A DNA stretch of 64,000 nt, taken from assembly GCA_051362555.1 (NCBI GenBank), contig CM120640.1, positions 42,386,788-42,450,787 of the forward strand, in the 5' to 3' direction. The DNA is from Lingula anatina (lineage: Eukaryota; Animalia; Brachiopoda). Each line of letters opens with the position of its first letter. The first letter of the stretch is position 1. Below, in pieces: positions 39,501 to 53,300 of this stretch. The notes beneath the pieces are model-generated. The model saw only the letters and a program-made list of their open reading frames with translations. It did no database searches and had not been told where the DNA came from. Made by a program: the position numbers and the translations under genes.

Positions 39501-42500
39501 GCAATTAACATGAGTTTAAAATATGTTTAATACATTTTCTTTTGACAGCCTGTCCTGCCATCTTCAGGTAGACGCAGTAGTGGATATCCTGGCAAACCTC
39601 TATTGGACTTGGAGGAGCCACCTTGGGACAATCCCCCATGACAAATGTGCATCTTTGTCTTGGCAATCTCATTCAGTTTTGTAGGAAAGGAGGATTGGCG
39701 CCATTGAATTTACAAATATTGACAATTGACAGTTCAGTCACACTAAACTATAGTGGCATGTTGCTTCAAGTTACCACACTTATTCTAAGATTACTGAATT
39801 ATCATTACTGTAGGAGACCCTGGATCTCTCAACCAGAAGAAGAAACTTGGGGATCAATCAGTTATAAGATTAAAATCTGTGGAACACTACCCATCACTGT
39901 TGTGTTCAGTATATGGAAAAGATGGCCGTGATATAGGAACCTTGGAGATTCATAACTTGATTTCACTCCTGTAAAAAGTAACTGCTTTGTTCTTTTACTG
40001 TCCAATTGATAATATGAAAATAAAGTACTCCTCCTGTCATTGTATGTTGCTGACTCTGTTTTAATTTTCTTTATAGATAAAGAATATAGATATCAAGATA
40101 TCACATGTATTTACAAAGCCTATGAATCATTAGAAAGGAAAAAGAATGGTTGAAAAATGCAATATAAATCATTTCAAGTGGATTAATTAGTGTTGCACTT
40201 GAGAAAACTGATAAAATGAGACAGTCATTCCCTTTTACCTTTAGAAAAATCATTTGTAATTTTTTTTTCTCTATTGCTCCCTGAAAATAAGGTATATACA
40301 CAATGCTGATGACACTGGATATGCACAGTAATAACTTATTAAATGGAGGGGGGGGGGATAACTTGTAATTTAAATTTATTCAGAAGTTGTATGGCTCTGT
40401 TTGAAAAGAATATTATTTGAGCAATCCTGTATTACAGATCTCAAAATAAAAAACCTGCAAAAATTGGCCTCTTGATTATTTTGAGGAATTAGGGTAACTG
40501 TATTTTTGGGACAGATTTGATGGCAGCCATTTTGTATTTATAAAAATTGGATAGATTTGCCCTTATCAAAGCATAGTTTGAATTCCTGGCTGTGGGTCTT
40601 TGATTAAATTTGATTATTGGAAGGAATTTTATCTCAAAATGTACTGATATCTTGATTTCGGCCGTTTGGTTTTCTGCTAAAATTGCTTAAGTTTGAGGCA
40701 CTTTTTCAATATCTTCTGTTGTGTTTAACACACTTTTTGAATTTTGTATGATTAGACCAATATATGCTTAGGATCCCTATAAAATTTTATGGCTGTCAAG
40801 CCTGCAAAAAGAGAGATATGAATGCTTGAACATTGCTTGGTAGAAAAGTGAGTTTGGGGGGTGGGGTCATAAAAATGGGCGTGGCTCGTTAGTTTGTGGG
40901 TTAAACTGAAATTTAGTAACATATTCTCAATGGCAAATGGCTGGTTTAAATAGGTAAATTTTCAATTAATTTTAAAAAGTCGTCAGTTTTGACATATTTG
41001 CTTATGAAGTGGCTTTATTGACCGAAGCTGAAAATTAAGCCAAAAATGGCCAAAACATATAATATCATATTATAATTATATCCAATGATTTCTTTTGGGA
41101 TTGTTGCCTTCAATCTTAATATCTCCTATATATGCAACAATAATATGAATTTGGTTGAAATCTGTTGACCCCCACCTTGCCACCCTCTGACTGGTCTTAT
41201 CATGGACACACACTTAACACATCTGGGATTTGTGTTACAATACAAACTAAATAAAATGCCACAAATGTTCTTCTCAGAACACAAACACAACAGCAGTGAA
41301 ACCAGGATACAGAGCATTAAAATAGGGTAGTCTAAAAGATTCATCATTATTTTTGGCCTTCCAATAATAATAACAACAATAGAAGAATATGAAGTATGCT
41401 TCTGTGGCTCTGGTAATAACAGGTTTTATTTTTTAAAAATTAGTTTATATCGTATCAATACTTTTACCCTTGTTACACAAGCCACAGTTCGTTCTCCAAG
41501 TGTAGCAGGAATTTCAACATAGATTTTCGCTACTTCCATCCAAATGTAAATTCCATAAAAAACACTGCTACAAACCAGCATACCTGGCATCTATATTGCT
41601 AGGCTAACTTACATTTTTTTCTACACTTTGAGTGATCATTTCTTTCGACAGTTACTAGCAAATTATCTCGAAATCTTCATTTTGGCAAATGGATCAAAGT
41701 TCAGCCAAGAAACAAACATGGTTGAGTGGTAGTTTACATGGCATAGATCTAGTTCTAGACGTTTCTTGAAATCACCTGGATGATCATACACAGGTGGGAG
41801 ACTGTGTTTTCAATACTGGAACCTTACAAGGGAGGGAACTTCTTTCCTTAAGGCAGAGATAATGCATGTTCATACCTAGACCAAGGCAGAACTCAGACTG
41901 GTATTTTGTCACAATTTATTTCACTATTCAAGTTGGCCTCTAGGGACAAAGCCCACTTCCCATTCCACCCCACCCCCACAATTCAGCTCATCTTTCCTCT
42001 AAATCTACAGGAACTATTCAAGTAACTTTACCAAGCCACTGTTGCTAACATGAAATATCAAGAAAGTTTAAAAGTATGATACCAATTTGCATTAAATAAA
42101 AATTCAATTCTACCACATTCCAAGTGACAAGAGAGTAGGAACATATAACCTTAAATTAAGGTCTTTCAGAACAAGAAAACATGAAGCCCCTGTTTACATT
42201 GCATTGGGTTCTAACCAGTTCATTAATGATGTATGTTTCAGTGAAAGAAGGAAATGGTGTAGTTGTGGATGTTGGCAGGTACTCACTCACCTTGGAAGTC
42301 AAAGACTTCAACAGCAGTCATAGATACGTGGGCGAAATACAAACTTCCCAGAGCCTACAAAAACATGAAAAGTCAGGTAAGGCTTTATCAGATTCGTAAA
42401 CATCACAAAATAAGGTCTGCATCCTATTCAGGATTTTTGGATCTTAAAAGCTTATGATAAAATACATAACAAGGATTACTTTTTTAACACTCATTCTATA

Positions 42501-43396
42501 TAGAAAGGGCAAAGTTTATGCAAAGACATTTAAAGAGCATGATGTTTATTATTTTACAAAAACATCAGTCGACAACAATATTGCAATCTGTGCAATGACA
42601 TCATACCATTATTTTTGAAATTAAGAGGATAAAGCACTTAAATAATACAACACTCGCAACCATGTTAACACACTGGTAGTTTTAACACTCTCTTACAATC
42701 CACTACTATCTAACAGCTGTGTTCTAAACAAATGCAACATAACTTCTGTTGCAAACATATGTGACAACAGAAAATGTTATTGTAACACTTAGTTAACTAT
42801 AAATAAACATTTTTAGTGCGTAGGTGCTGACACAGATTTTTAACAACATAGGTTATTCACTCATGCTGGTGAAAAGCTGCCATACATTTTGCAGTTTCCG
42901 TGGAGGACTTTCTTCTAATGCTTTTTGGCTCATTTTTCACAAGAATATCCATTTTTTAAATATTTTTCAAGAATATGACATGACTGAATAATTCACATCT
43001 TGTTCTGAATGTAATGAGGCAAGGATGATTCATAATGCTATTTGACCGTATCATTCCACAAAAACAACAGACAACATGTATATATGAAGTGCAAACCCAC
43101 ATGCCTTAGCACGTCATAGGAATATTAACCATTAATCCATCAGTGAATGCCAGCCTTTTACTAATGCTCACCGTGAATTTATCAACTGCTGTGAAGTCTT
43201 CATCCAGAAACACTCTGGCTTTATCGTAGCACTCCAAATCCTCACTTGCAAGCATGGTTCTGGAAAATATTTAAAAGGGCGCTGTACTTTATCATAATCT
43301 TCTTCCATCCAACTTACACAAAATTCCATTTTTTTATACAATTGAAACATAAACACACATTCTTTATACTGATTCAATTTTTGTATCTGAAGGCAA

Positions 43397-43430
<34 letters not shown>

Positions 43431-44341
43431 ACAACAACAGTGTCTACTTTATAATGTGTCATGGCATTTGGCTGTTATTTGGCTGTGTCTCTACTGTTAT
43501 GATGCCTCTCTTACTTGATGAAGTGGTTAACATATTGCATGGATTCCTCATAATTCTTGCCCCCAACTTCTTGCATGTGAATAGCTAGGAACATGGGCTG
43601 GAGCTTGGTCACAGTCTAGAAAATCAAATATTAATATAATGTTTAACTCCACTTATTGTCATAAAACAAAGCATTGGGCTGATATAGTGTAGTATAATAT
43701 ATAACTGCAAATCCAGTTTACAAAGGGATAGTTTGTCTGAATTTATGATACATTAACTTTTAAATTGGATATATTCTGAAACTGCGTGATAACAAAATTT
43801 GAGTTGTGCTGCAGTAGCTAATCATGAAAAAATAATAACAAATAAAAAAAAATATTTAAAATATATAAAAAATGATGGTATCTTTGGAACATTTAAGTTT
43901 GTTGAAATAAAAATAATACTCTTATAGAAAGATGTCATTCATTACGATCCAATGACAGCCCAATTACTAGTATAGGAAGAAAAACTTTTAAATGCTAGTA
44001 TCTGAAATATGTTGCCTAAGAGCAAGTATGCAGACATGATCTGCATTTTTTCTCTTTTTCCATGGCCTGTTCAACAGGTAATAAACTTGAAATCAGACCC
44101 AAGTTTGTTTCAAGGCATACCTGTATGGTCATGTTAGTTTACCATTAGGTTACATGTGCCCTCTGTAATTGTTATATAGTTATCACCAGAACCATCAGTG
44201 AACTTGTTCTCACCTATGGCTTTTCATATAATGCTATCTATCACCTCATCACACTGTTTATCTGATTTTCAAAAACAGAAATCCCAATTCATAACCGAAA
44301 AACATAACAAAACAAAAATGCAGTCAACTTCCAGACTTCCA

Positions 44342-44376
<35 letters not shown>

Positions 44377-47300
44377 AGCCTAACTTTTTTAATGTACATA
44401 ATGCCCTCACAATAAAAAGAATCTTACATAATCCAATGTGAGACCTACGACAGTATTTTACTATTGCACCTCCGTAACATCATTTCCCTTTAGCAATACT
44501 TCTTGCCACTTCCATCTCAACCAATTAAGTTCAAAAGAGTACAGGTGAAGTGCAATTTCCTTTTCTTCTTAATCTTCCATCTCTCTGATGAGATGTGGAG
44601 GGATGAAAATACTGGAAAGGCCCTTTAATAGCACACAGAGCGTACAGGTACACAGCACCACTGTTGATAAAAATATTTGTAGCATTCCTGCTCACATGGG
44701 GAAGACAGATGTTTCAGACTTTTTTTACATTACAATAATACTTATAGTTTTCCCCAATAACCAATGGTGTAGTTCACATACATCATATTTACACTGCTCA
44801 TATATACTAGAACTGAAGATTAAAATATGACAAGTCCTTATTTTTAAATATTACATCCTACAGATTTTTTCATCAAGACTACCAGTATTTTAACCAGTGT
44901 TACATTCCATAGTCATCATTTCCCGCTGATTCAATTTTTGAAAGAATCTCTCCTCTTCAAACTGTGGCACTAATAGCATCAGAAGAAGTCTATGCTAGAT
45001 TTGATTCTATTAAGAAAAAGAAGCAGCTGGGGAAACTTTCTTCCAGACCATGTTATCAGTGCCAAAAACAACACTACAGGCCATTGCTGCCCTGCAGGTG
45101 GAGGATACAGAATTGGATAGCAAGAATCCAAGAAAGAACTTGATAATAAATAGTCTATATAGTTTCTACCCTACAAAAATTAATTTGTGAGAGTTTTCAG
45201 CCTGCCACTGATCTTTCATAACAATGTGTTATTTCCTCTATTCTTTTTTCATTAGCTCTGCATCCATATCTTGCATTCCAGACAGCAAACAGTGCTTTGT
45301 AGACATCATAAACAATCTATCCCCTACATGTGGCTTCTACCTGAAAAATTACTGTCCATCAGAAGCTCACCCTGTATAACCTGAACCTTTCATTAACTAC
45401 ATGGTGCCAATGGGTAGCTGTAGACAACACAAATCCTCGCACTTCCCCACATTGTAGAGTAGCTCACCCTCAGGGACCCCATTCCCTAGATATCTATGAT
45501 AATTAGAATACCTGGGTCCAATACGTATAAGAATTGCAAATAATCTCCACAGAGAATGAGAATCTTCCTCTTGTTCTAGGATTCTCAATTACATGGACAG
45601 AAATAATTCAAATCATAATATCCCCAAAATTAAATAAAATTTCATTTCATATACTAAAACATGTCATAATGACCTCTGGCTCATGAAAGTCCCAAACCAG
45701 TTGTTTTCCTCAAGTCTCTGTGATGCTCAGTACAAAATCAATAGTCTTAAAGTGCATTGTCACTATTGAGAATTTGGTCAATAACCTTCTTCCAGACTGC
45801 TCGGTCTTTATCCAGGCAGTAATTACATTTTTTAAAGAGGACAGGAAAATTCCCACAAACCCCACTGTCACCAAAAGAAAAAAAAATTACATTAATTCTG
45901 TCTTAGTACAAAAAGAAAGATTCCCAATGCCTAGATTGTAATCTAATAGAGTGTCGCAGAGTTCAATTCCTAGGCACACGGTCACTGACCTCTGATAAAT
46001 GTCTGGGGAAAATTTATTATGAAAAACAAAGCAGAGAGAAAAATATAATTGTTTGGGATTCCCTTAAAATCACTTTCCAGGAGATTACATCTGAAATTCA
46101 GCACTCTGTTTTTGACAATTCAAGCTTTTACTACATGTATGAATGTCATGCAACTTATACTATAATACACTGACAGAGTAAAGGGCAAAAATTTTATCAA
46201 ATCAATTTTCTGGGAATTATAATTTTTAAAATCTGAAGTTTCTGTATGGATTTTTTATCCACCAGATTTGAAATTTTTCCATTCATCAAGTATGTGCAAA
46301 TCAAGTACACTGAATATTTAGGCACATAATTTTTATTGCAAACATTTGTTTTGGTTGCTATATTTTTCATTTCATCCCTTAGGCATTTGTATGTTGTCAA
46401 AATATCATAATATATCTGTTATTCCAGGCAGCAAACAGACATAAGGCAATGCAGTTCATGTGGTACAAATGCCAATTAAATACGTGGTAAATAGAGCTGT
46501 AGCGTAATCTACGATTTTTATTTAAAATTTTCAAATGTCACACTTGTTCCAATATCTTCATCTTTCAAGATTTATCTTTTCAGAGATTTAGAACAAAACA
46601 CTTTCTAACAACAAGCCAACTAACTTTTCATTTGGCAAAAGGTGGGGGTGTGGGCAAGTATATCTCCTGAACAGAGGCTATTGAAATATTGGAGGAAAAC
46701 TATTTCAATATTTAGCTGTTGATTGAAGAAAAATTACTTAATTCTAACTTTTCATTAGTTTTGAATCAGAAGTATTTTTAAGGGGGAAGGGGTGGGGGTT
46801 GTGGAGAGATATTTTTTCAAGGTTCCTCGAATTTACTGGGTTATTACCATAATGTAGCTAGACTCCCCCATTTATAAGCAACAAAAACAAATCTTCAAGT
46901 TGATGATTTGGGTTGGAAAAAACACCTACAGTATGAAGAATGCCTACTGGTTAGAAACATCCCAGAGTCATTGAGTATGATAAAGCATCACTTACATGTG
47001 TTCTTATTCATCTACCTATATAAATCCACAGCAGAGGTAGATTAATGGTAGAAATAACGGGGGAAGGGGGGGGGGACTATTTAACCCACCCACATATTTC
47101 AAAGTACCCATAGTTACATTGATCTACCAGACATGGGATAAAAGCTCATTTCTAACAAACAGGTATTCACAACATTTCAATCATAAAACAATGCATAAAT
47201 CTATCATAAAATAATGCGTAAATATCATTAACTCATGCTTTCTGTCACTATTTTATCTTCTCTAGAGTACTAGCATTGCTACACAGACTATGAAAAAAAA

Positions 47301-50300
47301 TGTTTATTCTTAAATAGAAAACTTGGTGCAAAGGGATCAGAAAAACAAGTCTGCTTCCTTAAGGGAGGATATAATTAAAAACCACACGCACTGCATCAAC
47401 AAAACAAGTGTCATCAGAAATTGTAAAATTGTTCACATTATGTATCTCTATATTTCCAGTCCTGTTTTGAACCCTTCCTTTTAACCAATGAAGAAAAAAA
47501 AAACTAGTTTATGGCACGTAATATTGAAAACACAACAAGAGCCTTTATTCTATAACATATAGTTTGAATTTATGTAAAAGTATCATGACCTTTTTCAAAT
47601 GAAGGAAAGAATTAAGATTCATTACAACCAATACAGTAGCTACTACATGTACTAGTAGTAAATTTATGTTCATGCTGTTTATCTTTTTTGCCATGTTCTG
47701 AAGACTAAAACTCTGTCACGAAGTTCTATTTTTGACTGTTGAAATTCCATAGTAAGCATGAGAAATAACAAGGTGTAAGCTATGTGAGTGACAGCAAAGC
47801 AAGACGTAATCCTAGGCGGGCAATGTAGTATAAGCTTAGGCCTAGCTTATGTTATCAGTTCCATATTACATTACACAAACAAATTAAGATGTAGGTTGTC
47901 ACGACATTCTATATTTGACCACAGCCCCCTTCCTGATGACGCAAAACGTGGTTGCCATTGCATGCAGTTCACATATTATGAATCTGTCCTTTTTGTTCAG
48001 GTTAGAAGACACCTTTCAAGTCTTTTAATACAGCTGCACAAACATAATTCACTCTGTCCTTGACGAAATCTTTGAGAAAGGCATTCAGACTGTTTTATAG
48101 AAATGGCATCACTAGTTGTACAGTATAGTATTTTTCAATCATCATGCAGTTCTCTTTAAAATGAGATGTGACAAATTTCAAGCAGTTCTAGATAAAAACC
48201 CTGCTACAATGGCATTTTTATAAAAAGTTTAAGCTTAATTTTTGCTTCCTTGCTTCTAAAAAATACTGCAAAACAACCGCAAAATAAATCCACTCAGACT
48301 CTATTCTCCCACAGTGTGTAAATATCGTTTTTCATGTCATATAGCGAATATCCTGTCCTTTGAAACACACTACCCTTGGGAATGAGACGTATGTTTGATT
48401 TCACATTCTGTTGACTCTTTCTTAATGGATCTTTGATTACTAACTTAAATATCATTCCATGAAATTATTTTTTTAGGGAGTGGGGGGGGGGGGGGGGGAG
48501 GGTGCTCCCATTCTTCTCACCAATATCACTGCAATAAAAACTTTAAAAGATCTCTAAAATAAACTTACTTGGGGTTAAAATGTCTCTCTCTTTCCTGGTC
48601 AGATGCCAGAAGTACATGTATCTCTTCCTTCATCATGTCTACGAAATTAGGCAAAAGCAGTACAGAAAAAAAGCTGCTGGTTTCATACAGCATGAACCCT
48701 GAATAATCATTACTATTCCTCAACAATTTTTGTATAAATAATAATAATAATAAACATACATGGAACTTACCATGAGACTTTAAAATATTTCTGACAAGCT
48801 GCATGAATGTAGCTTCTATCAATTGCTTTACAAGTTAAATTGACTATTTATCACTGGTTTCATAGAAAGCCTGTTTTAATGCTTTGTCCCCATACCATAT
48901 GTCCAGGTTCTCCACCACCTAATAGACTGTAAAATGACTACTTTAGTGGGTTCAACAAAACATTTTATTTCAGAATTCCGGTTACAATACTTTGTCTACT
49001 ATGAAATAGCTCTGAAAATGAAGCCCCTATGCTCTTGTATACTGGATCACTGAACTTAATGAAATTGATAGGATCACTGAACATTTGCGAACCCCAGAGA
49101 AAATGTGTAGCAGTGTCATTTGACTGAGAGCTAGATCCTAAGAGGTTTTATTTATCAGTGATAGATTGGATGTGATCACCCTGATGTGAGGTTTCAGGAA
49201 TTTTACCCTTGCAAGCAGCAAGCCTAGATATTTTCAATCACTAATATAGAAGTGGAAAGAGAAATGCTGGGAAGATGTCACAATCAGCCTGGCCTCACAA
49301 AACTTAGGTTGCCCAATCTTCCAGACATATTCTACCAAGAGCCTTGCTTTTTTCTCATTGTGGATCTTTTAAGATCTTTTGCCAATCCAGGAAATAAAAA
49401 AAATGACTTATGCTATTGCAACAGTCAACAGTCTTCCTACTTCAACCTCCAAGATACATATAGCTGAAAATAAGTACAAAATTCATCTAAATATCCAAAC
49501 TACTGAAAAATGGCAGAATAGTACTAATTTATAAAAAAAAAAATTGTGAAAAAATATGGGGATGCCTGTGACTCAGGGAGCATTACATTATCCAACTTCC
49601 TGAGGTTTGCACATATAAACCACATTCAGAAATACATCAACACACACTGAACATGCACATAAAAAGAATACATCTATCTTGCTGGTGAAAAGAAGTATGC
49701 ACTGTGGAGCAAGAATTTTATCACATGTGAACCAGATTAGACCCGTGGTGACCCTGCCAGCCACACATTATTATCACTGCACATCAATACTGCTATTTGA
49801 GCTCATATCTCCTTTCAGATGTAAAACAAAATATTCTTGCTTATTTGTCCAAATTCATACACGATGAATGGATTATTTAGCCCTTCTTTCAATTTCACAA
49901 AGGTCAAAAGGTTACTGTTCAGAAGTATGCAGTGGTCCAGGTACGGCACCACAGCAGGAAAGATAAACTTTCTCTCATAGCCAGTACCTCTTTTGTTTAC
50001 CCACTACTGCCCCTGTCTGCTCAGAGGTTCCTCAAAGGTCAGGAAGGCAGACATTAGTGAAAATAAAATATTGCCATCATTCCAGCAGGCTATTAGAACT
50101 CAAAATATGTGTCGACCAACCACAGGTTTATGTAAAAATCTGATCCAATGACTTACTGATGGGCTGGTGCCGGAGGTTGGGTTTGGTGGAGGAGGGTGGG
50201 GATGGGGTTGTGAAGAGAAGTGGAGGAAAGGCTTGCTGATTTTATATATAAGATATATCTTATCATCACAGGTAGCATGGCATTGATATACTATATCCAG

Positions 50301-53300
50301 ATGTAAAGGTGGTGGAAATATGATAAACCAGGCAGGCACTTCCAGGATGAGAAACCGCAGACAAAAATATCACGATTTTGTTGAAAAAATAACAACAACA
50401 ATAACAACAACAACTTGGGCAATGGAATTCATCACACAGAAATTTGATGTAAAAATCAAATATCCACCAACTGACCACCATGTGTGTCATAGTCCACAGA
50501 CTCAAAATAATGATCCATTTCCTCAAAGCCATTACAGCAGCAGAACAACTATATATAGAGGCAGCATTTGAAGACCCAACATTAGAAACAACATAAGGGT
50601 CTTTTATTACCAACTAAGACATACTTTAAAATGTGTTTCCAAGTTATTATGAAAATGTCAACTATCTGGCATCATTTACTGCAAATGCTTCGGCTATGTT
50701 GGCTAATACATTACTTGGTAAATGACTGTTTGAAGAGGGTCTTCTGAATCAGGTTAATACGAAGTGCATGATATGATGCACCATGTACCCAGAGAAACAA
50801 TGACAATGATAAATCTAGGGTCAAACAACAATCAATTACTGTAAAAGATATGAGACCACTGTCTTGTTGAACTACAGTCTTCACGTGCATATAACATGAC
50901 TGAGAATGCTTCAGTGTTTTTTTCCTTGAAAATCTCCTTGTTAACTCTATTCCAGATAGTTGCTTTTCCTAGTAGTTGTGTTATATATGTCAGGTGGAAA
51001 CACATCAGTAAGAGGTTGCATTGCCAGATGCTCTTCACTGGTACTGAATATTTACAGGTGGTACATGGGAACATTAAAAAAAAAATTCTGTTGCTTTTAA
51101 TATCGGCCAAATTGGAAGCAGATGCTGGACGTGCTTTTTGTTTTCTCTTGAGCAAGATTTTACCTGGAGATATACCATTAAGGAAAACTTGCCAGTTTTT
51201 TCTGCAGCGTTTATATTTTATCTTCAGGCCATCTTCAGCATTTTTCCTCTTTTTCTTGACACTTTCATTACAAGTACCAATTTAGTCCAAGAGAAGTCTC
51301 ATTACTCTTCAACAAGATATGAATAGATGTTTTTTTTTCCTTTTGTATTATTTTTTTCCTTTAAGGGAGGGAAGGAAGGAGGGAAGTCTTTGGTTGGCAG
51401 CTCTGATTATGCTGACTCCTTGTACTTATCATCAATTGTAAATTTTTCTTGATACCTTTAATGATAGTTATCACTTTTTTACCTATAGATGGCAACAGAA
51501 ATAAATATTCTACAATTTAAGTGCTGATGAAAAGTGACTATATTAGAAAATAAAATCCACATATTACCATTTAGTTTGAACATAAACAATGACAAAACCA
51601 TTTTGTGTCATACATATCAAGAATCCTTCACCATACAACAACTACATTATGGGTCGCTTTAATCCTAATCTTACGTATCAATATAGGTTATCTATTCTCC
51701 TAACAAGCATTTAACCATAAAATCCACTGCACACAATTGCACTTAATGTTTAAAAGGGGTCAATTAAACCAGATTACACGTCCTAAGGTATAAACAACAA
51801 ACAAGGTACTCTAATCCTAACCTCTCTTCCAAGTCCATCCATTACATTCATAACTAAATAAGACTCTAGCCTAAAACTGCAAAACTTCATGAAGGAGATA
51901 AAGCATTAAAATAATTTTCAACATACTAGGAGACCACGGTTCAGTTGAAACTATAAAACCTAATGCTGATAAAAATAATCCCTACATATTGTTGATGGAA
52001 GTAATTACATATTTCCAATTGTCTGATTAGAGATTATGGAAAACTCATCCAGCATGCCAAAAATTATAGATGCAAGGGGAGTGAAAGGCATGAGGATCAC
52101 CACCAACCATGTCTCTTGTTACTTGATTGAGACTGAAAAAGCTATAAATGTGCTGCTTTTCCACCCCCACCCTGCCCCACACTGGATTCTTGTAAACATT
52201 CAAGAGATCAACTGAAACTTCATGAACATGACAATCTAAAAGTTTAAAAGCAAAACCCTTTATTTGCTACTTCTTTCATACACCTACACCTGTTGAAATT
52301 ATATATAACCTTAGCTAGCTGTGCATAAATTAACAGTAGTCATGCACGGGGCCATACAGTTCATTCAAGAGGCTGATGAGACAGAGAGAGCAGGTAATTG
52401 CGTTTACCACAAACACATGAACAGCGCTCTGATTTCACTCATTCTCCAAGAAAACAGGACTAAGAGCATTACCATAAAGCTGTAAAGTTAACCAACAATT
52501 GATGATTTTAAACTGTTTATAGATCATATATATATAAGTCAAGGCATGGGAGGGGGGGGGAGGTGAATATTAAGTAAAATACTTTTGGAATACAATTTTG
52601 ATCAGGCTTTTCACATTTTTAATGCCAAATCTCACCAACACCTTATTCTTTAATCAAAAACATTGTAACATCATGTTTGATATTGTCTTGTAAATAGTAC
52701 ATATATCCACTATGAAGTCATTTGTGCTTGTCAAGTCACCATTTCATGGTATTTTTCTTATATCATCATAAATTGTCAAGGAATATCGACTAATGTACAG
52801 ACTTTTTCTAACTATTGATCAGATGGCTGTACATCACATCTAGTTACTAAACCCAAGGGTAACACCAGACTTCTGATTACTACCCAGGGAGAACAGTCCA
52901 AATGGGATTTAACAAGCGTGCAGTTCAATATTATTATGTACAATTGGTTGGTTTTCTCTTCTTAGTTTAAAACCATTGCTGTGTCAATACCTAAGCCCAG
53001 ACTTGAAATCCCTTCGATTGATCAGAGACATTTATTGTCGCCTTGTATGTTTTGATCTAATGAAGCACTAATGAAGCACTGAGTTATGAGTCTCTTTATG
53101 AGAACAATAATTACCAGTGTATGGTTAGCCAAAATGTTAATTGCAGATGTATACGTGTTATTACTTTTGCATTTGTAATGCTCTGCAAATAGCCTGACAA
53201 AGTCACCACTGCATGATTTACCTTTATTTTCAAGCTCACCCAGGAGGATGTAATCATGTGGGAAAGTTTCATCAAAATTTAAACATATATTTCTCCACCC

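Noticed and set aside
45397-45588. GVPEG resembling the reverse-transcriptase GVPQG motif
   Set aside because: No other RT motifs (e.g. YADD) nearby.
50266-50613. 115-aa minus-strand ORF with VSNVGS, resembling INPP5A exon 1 (TANVGS)
   Set aside because: It lies downstream of exon 2, so it cannot replace exon 1. The Cys run comes from an (AAC)n microsatellite, and there is no further similarity.
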